Source: Leptospiraceae bacterium (GTDB lineage: Bacteria > Spirochaetota > Leptospiria > Leptospirales > Leptonemataceae). Taken from it: a stretch of 64,000 nucleotides of DNA. The notes under the pieces are model-generated. The model was not told the DNA's origin and ran no database searches. It saw nothing but the letters and a program-made list of their open reading frames with translations. The DNA lies in assembly GCA_040217195.1 (NCBI GenBank), contig JAVJNR010000005.1, forward strand, positions 512,001-576,000, given 5' to 3'. Every line of letters begins with the position of its first letter. The stretch's first letter is position 1. Made by a program: the position numbers and the translations under genes. This document shows, in pieces, positions 1-7,700 of this stretch.

Positions 1-804
1 CCCATTGTTCGCATATTCATTCTGGGCTGCAATATATAGTGAAGTAGTCATGATCTGGGCTGTACACAAGCCCAGGGCCAGAGCTACGGTGAGGATTCGC
101 ATACTCAGGGAAACTCGAAAGTCCGCATAGGTCACAAAAAATACGAAGAAGAAGAAGAATCCCAGGGTTGCGAAGCCTGCCATGCCAATACTGAAACCGG
201 CTGCATCCAGTGTACCTACGCGATAGAGTGCCAGCAAGACCATGGGAACGGTAAGCTGAAGCAAATAGGCCAGTATGGCACTGATTGCAGCCAGGAGCCT
301 CTTTCCGCTCAGTCGAAAGGCCTGCCACAGGCCGGTAACCAGACAAAATAGATTAAGCGCAAGAAGAAGAATGGCCACACTCTTTCCTGCAGTTTCTGCT
401 TTTAAATCCCAGAAATGGCCGGAAAGTCGGAAGAATAGTGGAGCATCGAAAGTCTCGAAAAAGAACACTACTGCAACGCCAACAGCCAGAATTATTTCAG
501 TCAGAAAAATGGCTCTCTGATAACGCTGCAATCGACTGGTTTGAAATAGTAAGAAGAACTGATGAAAGAATATGATTGTGCTCAATGTACTTGGGACAGT
601 GACCCAGCGATGGTACGCTCCCAGGTTTCTGGTCTCGGCAGAAGTGTAGACCACCGCCGCATAGAAGATAGCCATAGATAAGAAGGCAATCTCCAATGAA
701 CGAAGGGCCGGTCCACGATTTCGAATCACCCGGCAATAGACCATGGCCACCACGCAAAAGAGCATTGCAATAGCGGTAGATAGTGTTATCGGCTGTAGAT
801 ACAT
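1..804 (-). CDS. Multi-TM membrane protein, probably the N-terminal sensor region of a signalling protein (e.g. SpoIIE/PP2C or cyclase); truncated at the window edge
   Basis: Absent from the ORF track. Manual translation from ATG 804 is open to base 1: MYLQPITLSTAIAMLFCVVAMVY...GAYHRWVTVP... with about 7 hydrophobic helices, resembling Leptospira membrane sensor N-termini. The output domain is outside the window. Confidence 0.7.
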   Translation of the reverse strand, partial: MYLQPITLSTAIAMLFCVVAMVYCRVIRNRGPALRSLEIAFLSMAIFYAAVVYTSAETRNLGAYHRWVTVPSTLSTIIFFHQFFLLFQTSRLQRYQRAIFLTEIILAVGVAVVFFFETFDAPLFFRLSGHFWDLKAETAGKSVAILLLALNLFCLVTGLWQAFRLSGKRLLAAISAILAYLLQLTVPMVLLALYRVGTLDAAGFSIGMAGFATLGFFFFFVFFVTYADFRVSLSMRILTVALALGLCTAQIMTTSLYIAAQNEYANNG

Positions 805-997
805 TTTGACCTGGGTATTTTCCTTGAGCCTGTAGCTCCGGCAAGATTGAGCAACTGAAATTTAAAAAATCCCCGGACAACTCGGAGGGGTTGCCGGGGT
901 TCATTTAAAAGTTCATTCGCACCGACTGCAATCTGGTTTTGCCGACGGACTTATGCGGGTTGCCTGACCCTGTGGTCTTAAGAATACTCCATAAGAC

Positions 998-2026
998 TTA
1001 ACGAAGAAAGGACTGTAACCTCTGTTCGATATTGCGACGAATATCCATATAGAAAAGTGAGTAGTCCGCTACATGGTAGTTTTCCTTCTCTCCGCGTTTG
1101 GGACCGTATCCGGCTTCGTCAGGTACCTTTACCCATAGCATGTCACCCTGACAACGGGCACTGACCATGTTCCTGTCGGCCCGATCAAAATCAAAGTTAA
1201 TGGCTCCCAGATGAGACGATGGATCTACAGTTCTGTCATCCATAGCCCAGCTGATCGGATTTATACAGATACCATCCGTGTATCGGGTCGCTGGAATCGC
1301 GAAGTCCTCTGGTTTTGATCCCCATTTTTTGGAGTTCCAGGAAATGTAACATCCTGTATCAGTGGCGCTCATACATGGCTTCAGTCTCTTAAACCTATCT
1401 GGCTTAACAGCCCAACCTGGAAGATAGGCAGCAACAAAGTTCGGATTCTTATTTGAATCCAGGTACTCGGCCAGCACATCAATCAGCAACATGGAACCCT
1501 GGCTATGACCGGCCAGAAAGAACGGTCTACCGTTATTATGATGCTTTAAATAGTACTGAAAGGCCTTAAGAACATCTTCTCTGGCTACAGAAAAAGCCTG
1601 TCTGGAGTTCGAAGTATTGTCCACAAAGGAATAGAGGGTAGCCTGACGATATCGCGGAGCAAATACCCGGGCACTTCCGTTAAACACGGAAGCCTGCAAC
1701 TTTAATGGAGAAAGACCGTACACATTGACGCTTGCTGAGTATGGTGCATTCCAACCATCGGAGCTAAGATAGGTAGTGGGATGAACAAAGAAAACATCCG
1801 CCCGCGCAGTGGACTGAGAATTCTTCAAGTCAGTGTTTAAAGGAACATTGTCTGCATCATCTTCCATTTCGGGTAATGCAGCCCAGGCCTCTCTCTGTGA
1901 ATAGTCCGGAGCCTCCGGTACTGATTCCATCTGAAAATCAGAAGATGGCTCAATCCAGAATAGTAGCAAAGTGGTACATTGACCGAGTAACAATATTGAT
2001 AGAATCGGAATTATCCGTCGCAGCAT
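998..2026 (-). CDS. DUF3089-family alpha/beta hydrolase (exported, lipase-like)
   Basis: Motifs ADVFFVHPTTY, APRYRQAT, GHSQGS nucleophile elbow and YHVADYSLFY; N-terminal hydrophobic leader. ATG 2026 preferred over 2095. Confidence 0.85.
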   Translation of the reverse strand: MLRRIIPILSILLLGQCTTLLLFWIEPSSDFQMESVPEAPDYSQREAWAALPEMEDDADNVPLNTDLKNSQSTARADVFFVHPTTYLSSDGWNAPYSASVNVYGLSPLKLQASVFNGSARVFAPRYRQATLYSFVDNTSNSRQAFSVAREDVLKAFQYYLKHHNNGRPFFLAGHSQGSMLLIDVLAEYLDSNKNPNFVAAYLPGWAVKPDRFKRLKPCMSATDTGCYISWNSKKWGSKPEDFAIPATRYTDGICINPISWAMDDRTVDPSSHLGAINFDFDRADRNMVSARCQGDMLWVKVPDEAGYGPKRGEKENYHVADYSLFYMDIRRNIEQRLQSFLR

Positions 2027-2152
2027 TTTATAACCTCCCGTTCCGCCTGAAGCTGGATACGTTATCCGATTGGATGCAAAGATCATGCCTGGCAATGAAC
2101 CAGGGCATATGAGATTAAGATAGGTTTTAGACTGTTACAGTGGCGAAGACCG

Positions 2153-2203
2153 GGGCAATCAACTGAAATCAATCGATTGCCCGGAGTAAGGCGATTGATT
2201 TCA
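2153..2203. promoter_or_regulatory. Overlapping inverted repeats in a divergent intergenic region (candidate operator)
   Basis: TGAAATCAATCG (2164-2175) pairs perfectly with CGATTGATTTCA (2192-2203); GGGCAATC (2153-2160) pairs with GATTGCCC (2175-2182). Confidence 0.45.
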
Positions 2204-2532
2204 ATCAATACCTTCCGATGCCCCTTTCAGGCATTTCACCAAATGATTACCCGGGTTTCAAATGGAAAAGGCTGGCTCCCTGTTTCCTGGCTGTTTGTTC
2301 CAGATGCCAGGATCGATAGTCCAGATTGCCTGTATCGGTAGTTTCGAGGCATTTTAGAGCAATCTAACACCGCACGGCTTCAGGGGGCTTCCTTCCCCGC
2401 CCAGGACTCACTCAGATTGCCGAATGCTCCACTTTATCTGCGAAGCCCACTCTTCTTACCAACGCTGGCATGCATATTGCTTAGAAGTATCGGGCCCATA
2501 AAAATAAATCATGCGAGGGCCCGGGGGGAAAA

Positions 2533-3366
2533 ATGATCAAAACTATAAAAAACAAAACTCAATGGATGATAGTTCTGGCTGTGGCCGGCATCCTGAGTAC
2601 AGCAGGAACCCTGGAAGCTTCCAGATGCAGGACGTCTGGATGGTTCATAAAAACCACCAGTTGCACCTATCAGCAGACCAGGATCCAGGCAAGGCCAGGA
2701 ATCTATAGAGATGTAAGGTTTCAGGTTCCAGAAGGAAGCCCACCTCCAGGAGGGTGGCCGGTAGTAGTAATGTACCAGGGCTCATTCTTCCCGGTTGAGT
2801 TTTCCAGAAACCAGCTGGCACCATTCGGTGGATACTACGAAGTGAAGGTAATAGAAAAGCTACTGAACAATGGTTTTGCAGTTATCGCTCCAGATGCAGG
2901 TATCGATCTATTCTGGGAAACCAATCTTCCCGTCATCTATGAGTTCACTGCTGACTACATATTCTTGAACAATCTGTTCAATGCGATTCGCAGCGGTCAC
3001 TTTGGGCCTATCAATGACAACAAGAAGTTTGCCACCGGGATTTCTAGCGGCGGATACAATACAAGTCGAATGGCCGTCTCTTATCCGGGTGAATTCAAAG
3101 CTCTGGTTGTACAGTCCGGTTCCTATGCAACCTGTTCCGGACCTCTTTGCATTGTGCCTTCATCGCTTCCAAATGACCATCCACCTACCTATTTCCTGCA
3201 TGGTTTTCTGGATCTGGTAGTTCCGTGGTGGAGTATGGATCTGTACTACGATAGGCTTCGCTCAGAAGGGGTGCCCACGGGTAGATACACGGATTATACA
3301 GCGGACCATGAGTGGTTCTCTGCATCACCTGGAAAAGTGTATAGCTGGTTCAATCAGTACCGCTAA
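2533..3366 (+). CDS. phaZ: Extracellular medium-chain-length polyhydroxyalkanoate depolymerase
   Basis: Signal peptide followed by ASRC; GWPVVVMYQGSFFP, PFGGYYE, lipase box GISSGG, HGFLDLVVPWWSMDLYYDRL and HEWF, all closely matching Pseudomonas fluorescens GK13 PhaZ as I recall it; similar length (277 aa). Confidence 0.88.
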   Translation: MIKTIKNKTQWMIVLAVAGILSTAGTLEASRCRTSGWFIKTTSCTYQQTRIQARPGIYRDVRFQVPEGSPPPGGWPVVVMYQGSFFPVEFSRNQLAPFGGYYEVKVIEKLLNNGFAVIAPDAGIDLFWETNLPVIYEFTADYIFLNNLFNAIRSGHFGPINDNKKFATGISSGGYNTSRMAVSYPGEFKALVVQSGSYATCSGPLCIVPSSLPNDHPPTYFLHGFLDLVVPWWSMDLYYDRLRSEGVPTGRYTDYTADHEWFSASPGKVYSWFNQYR

Positions 3367-3381
3367 TTCCTTTCTCAATTG

Positions 3382-3414
3382 GACCTCTGTTCGCTCAGTT
3401 GAACAGAGGTCTTT
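3382..3414 (+). terminator. Probable intrinsic terminator after phaZ
   Basis: 11-bp perfect stem GACCTCTGTTC/GAACAGAGGTC with an 8-nt loop and a short T tract. Confidence 0.6.
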
Positions 3415-3435
3415 ACCTGCGTACGAGGGACTAAC

Positions 3436-3978
3436 ATGAACCTGGAAAAAATGAAATCAAGGCTGCCGAACTTAGAAATTCTCATCACCCCCGCTGCGAA
3501 TCATGGACCATGGAGTCCAGGTCGCAGAAAAAGCGAAATCCGGTCATCATTCATTAAATCGATAATTACAATACTGGCCTTTCTGCTACTGAGTTGTTCC
3601 GAAAAAGAGTCCAGCGAGCCCTGCAGTGGCGACCTGGATCCAGCTGCGCTATCAACGATTCAAGGACTCTGGGCCCCGGATGCCAGAAACCTTCCCGATG
3701 GACTCAACGAGCGCGGCCAGACTCAGCTTCTTAAGAGTCGTATTCAATTCAGCAAAGCTGGATATGGTTATCATGCGGACGGCCGCCCCATCCATAGAGT
3801 TCCACTCAGCGGTCTTTCCAGAGACGGAAAAACAGTACATGTCTTTCTCAGATCTGGAAACGGCCAATGCGAAGAAATGAAAATTGAACTTCTGGATAGA
3901 AATTCCATTCGCTTAATTCTTAGCGAAGATTATCCGGTCATTCGATATAAACGGGAAAAGAATCATGAAACGCTCTAA
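3436..3978 (+). CDS. Hypothetical lipoprotein
   Basis: Hydrophobic stretch ending LLLSC (lipobox); start codon uncertain; overlaps the next gene. Confidence 0.55.
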   Translation: MNLEKMKSRLPNLEILITPAANHGPWSPGRRKSEIRSSFIKSIITILAFLLLSCSEKESSEPCSGDLDPAALSTIQGLWAPDARNLPDGLNERGQTQLLKSRIQFSKAGYGYHADGRPIHRVPLSGLSRDGKTVHVFLRSGNGQCEEMKIELLDRNSIRLILSEDYPVIRYKREKNHETL

Positions 3979-4600
3979 TATAATATTCCTTTCGATTTTT
4001 TCACTTAACCTGGCAGGACTGCTTCTTCTATTTCTATCCCCCTGCTCCATGGAGCCTGTGCAGGAACCCGACCAGGCGAGCTCGAATTATTCGGATTCCT
4101 ATTTGGCCGCTTCAGAGGAGAACACCTTGCCTGAAGTCTCAGAACCCGAGGAATCGAAGCAACCGGAGCAGGCAGAGCTTGCACTGTATGAGATGGATCT
4201 TCGAATTCTGGACATTCACAATAGCGCAATCGAACTATACAGGCAGCGAACGACTCTAATTCATGAATTGTTTCAGAATCAAAACGTTTCAAATAGCCTG
4301 GTTCCAGGTTCCCAACCGGAAAACCAGATTGCCATGCACCAGAGAATGGATGAGCTGCAAGCTCTGGCCAGCGCTAATGAGCTGAGTCGATTAGAACAGA
4401 TCGAATTTCTGGAGCTTCAAGTTCGAAAAAAGAAAGACCAACTTGCTATTCAGCGCCGAGTAGCCGGGCTTTATTCAGATCAAGCTCACCTGGGTCCGGA
4501 AGGCGATTATAAGAAACACATAAAAAATCTGGAGTCTGAGATCCAGCAACTGGAAGAAAAACTCAATCGAGTCCAGAGTTCCGGATATCGCATAGATTAA
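3965..4600 (+). CDS. Hypothetical membrane-anchored coiled-coil protein
   Basis: N-terminal hydrophobic helix, acidic linker and heptad-rich C-terminal half. Confidence 0.65.
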   Translation: MKRSNIIFLSIFSLNLAGLLLLFLSPCSMEPVQEPDQASSNYSDSYLAASEENTLPEVSEPEESKQPEQAELALYEMDLRILDIHNSAIELYRQRTTLIHELFQNQNVSNSLVPGSQPENQIAMHQRMDELQALASANELSRLEQIEFLELQVRKKKDQLAIQRRVAGLYSDQAHLGPEGDYKKHIKNLESEIQQLEEKLNRVQSSGYRID

Positions 4601-4719
4601 AATTACGTTTCCGGGCTGCAGGCAGCTGCAGCTTCGACAGCCCGAAACAGATCTGTGGCCCGGTACTCACTTCTGTCCTGCCCCTGTCCTGCGAACCAGT
4701 AAGGGTAACTCAGCTCCTT

Positions 4720-4783
4720 TCTGTATCATTCCTGCTTTTCTCTCATCTGTATCATTCATGCTTTTCTATCGTCGGTATGATTT
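4720..4783. repeat. 26-bp-period short tandem repeat (2 good copies plus 1 degenerate)
   Basis: TCTGTATCATTCCTGCTTTTCT (4720-4741), TCTGTATCATTCATGCTTTTCT (4746-4767) and partial TCGGTATGATTT at 4772. Confidence 0.7.
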
Positions 4784-4790
4784 TACCTGC

Positions 4791-7700
4791 TCATGAGTAA
4801 CTGGGCTCAATGGATTTTCTTTTCAGAAAGACGTCACCTTTCCATCTGGCAGTGCGATTCTCTGCGACATCGAAACCGCGAATAATGGAATCCCTCAGAT
4901 CTATAGCGTCGACCACTTCATCCAGAGCTCCACTTCCCAGGGCATCCTGGTCTGCCCGAAAACGAGCCCGGTAATCGTCTAGATACTCCGACCTGAGCTT
5001 TCGGGCTTCATGAATTCTTTCTTCGCGTAGTAGCTTCTGGTATTCCTTTTGTTTGAACAGTTCGAAGGCAGCTTCCGCTCCCATGACGGCCATAGTTGCA
5101 TCCCGAAGGGCAATAGAGTAAATGCCTGGTCTGAGGAATCGACTGAATGCATGAATCTGTCGGCCTCCATAATTCTGACGCAGAACCACCGATACGATGG
5201 GAATACTGGAAAGCACATTTACGTCCAGGGACTCCCCACCAATTTGCTGGATTCGCAGTCTTTCCTGTTGCGTTCCAGGTAAGAATCCGGGTGCATTGGA
5301 CAACATCAGCAATGGAAGACCCCGGACATCTATCCTTTCCACAAATTGACGAAACCTTTCTGTACCACGGGCATCCGGCACTCCACCCCGGACCGGCTGA
5401 TCTGCGATTATTGCGATGGACTTTCCATTTAGCCTGGCTGTGGCAGTAATCAGGTTCGGCTCAGGCCTGGAATCCTGCCAGAACATCAGGGTCCGGGAAT
5501 CCACAATACCGCGAAGTATTTCCTTCATATCAAATGGTTGCGATGCCTCGGGTAACTGAAGTTCCAATTCAGGTGGCGTCCCGGTTCGCATAGCAGACAA
5601 TGCATTTATTTCGCTGATTCGCATAAAAGCACTGAAAATGCTGCTCTCCTGAAAATCCGCCGGGCTTTCTGCTTCTATGTCAGGATCCTTATCAGGACTG
5701 ACCAGGATGATGGCCTCCGCATTCTGATTTAGAGCCACACGATTCAGGCCTTCCGGATCCAGCACCATATGGTATGTGGAGCTGCGAAGATTGGCACAGG
5801 TTCGCAGGAAATCCATCCTTGCCCGGATTCGCTCCGTAGCTTCCGTTTCCGGTCCAGGGCGATACCAGTGCTTGCCAAAAAAAAGGATTACTGGAAGGGC
5901 CAATCGATCCGCCGCTCTGAGAAGATCTCTGGCCTTATGGATGGCCGCAATAGATCGAATGCCAGCTTCTCCTGGACCCATGATCAAATACGGCTGACCT
6001 TGAATCCTACCCAGCCAGGCACCCAGAGCCCCCGCGGCGGAATAATTCTCCTTCAACGAGATCAACTCGCCGCCTGTGCAGAAATCCAACAATGCATGGG
6101 TAACATAGCTCCCGAACATAGAATCCGTTTGACCATTGTTTCTCAATGCAGCAGAATCCGGCAGCGAATACGATAATGACTTTTCCTTTTCTGGTTTTTC
6201 CGCGGTCCGCATCAGCCGATGAATTTTTCGAATCTCAAGTATTAACTCCGATTTGTCCCGCGCTATCCTATCAACTGTACCTGTAAATCCCATGACCGGA
6301 GCACCACCGATTTCGTAGTTCGTCAGATCTTCGCCGGTAACGCTACGAATTACATTGGATCCAGTCAGAACTCTAAAAGAACCCGGCTCATCGAGCATAA
6401 CCTGGATCGGGGCCTGGGAAGAGCCGTATACATCCAATCCAGTTGAAGAGCCCATACCTACGGCGGCCAGAAAGAAGGATTCTGGCTGGATTTTTCCATC
6501 GGATTCCACCATGGATTCCACATCTGAAAGAAGTTCATGAATTTCCGGATCCTGGATCTCTGTACACCTTCGAAAGTATTCATCGTATTTCGGACGGTTA
6601 GAGGTCAGTGCATTAAAGAAGAACCCCTCGGCAGCACGATTTAATGCAATCATACCTTCTTTAATATTAGCGCCTGCACCATCGTTCCAGATATAGATAG
6701 GGGTATCCGAGAGATAGGCATAATGCAAAGAGGCAACATACATCTGACCTTCCAGATTTCCCGTTGCGCCACCATTAACCCGCGAATCCTTGATGTAGAA
6801 TAGACAGTCCTGGTTATGCATTTCACCGGCAAACAACCTGCTCCCTATTCGCCTAAGCCGGTTCGGTAAATTGGCCTTCTGGTTTTCACCATCTAATTCC
6901 AGCATCGCTTCGAGACGAGGAAATCGAATTTCCCTGATCGTACCGGGGTCGAAGGTTTCTCGTGCCCAGATCTCTGGAGTCCACTTACCCTTTTCCAGCA
7001 ATCCACGTGTGGCATCGTCAATGTCCGCCGAACCATTCGGATGCACCGGGTCCTCTTCTGGAACCATTTCCAGCCGGGCCTGGCCATTCAGTGCAGAGAT
7101 TCGAAAGAGTCTGCGTTTTGTACTACCCGAATACTCCCTGGTTAAATAATCTGCGATTACTGAATCCACCGGAAGCGGCAAATAATGAACCACCAGCCTG
7201 CGAATCACTTTCATTATACTTTCGTATTGCGAATAGCCATGGATGGATCTAAAGTCCATGGCGGCAATCTGTCCATGCCCAAGTATATGTAACTTCCAGC
7301 GAACCGCTGGATAATCAGACTGCAACTTCTTTAGAGCTTTACTTGCAGACCTGGCAGCCCTTTCCAGATCCGGAATACCCGTATCGTCTCTTAAAACGGA
7401 TTCTGCATTGGTGGAATCATCGTCCAGCCAGACCATACAGTAGCCCGGCTTTCCCTGTTTATGAACATATGTGGCCACATTCCGATGTCCGGAGTCAATT
7501 CGCACCCAGTTCTGTTCATACCTGGAATGCTCTGCACCGGAGATATCCCTTTGATCCAGATCTTCCTTCACAGAATCCAGTTCCAGAAGACGTTCAATCT
7601 CCATGCGTACGAAATCTGGCCATTCAGGTTGCAGGTAATTCTGGATCTGATTTTCACTAATAGGAAGTTGACCAGGATCTAAAGACCGAGAAGATTCCAA

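Noticed and set aside
17..904. Listed ORFs 17-346, 275-520 and 497-904
   Set aside because: They are shadow frames of the longer edge-truncated membrane protein at 1-804 on the minus strand.
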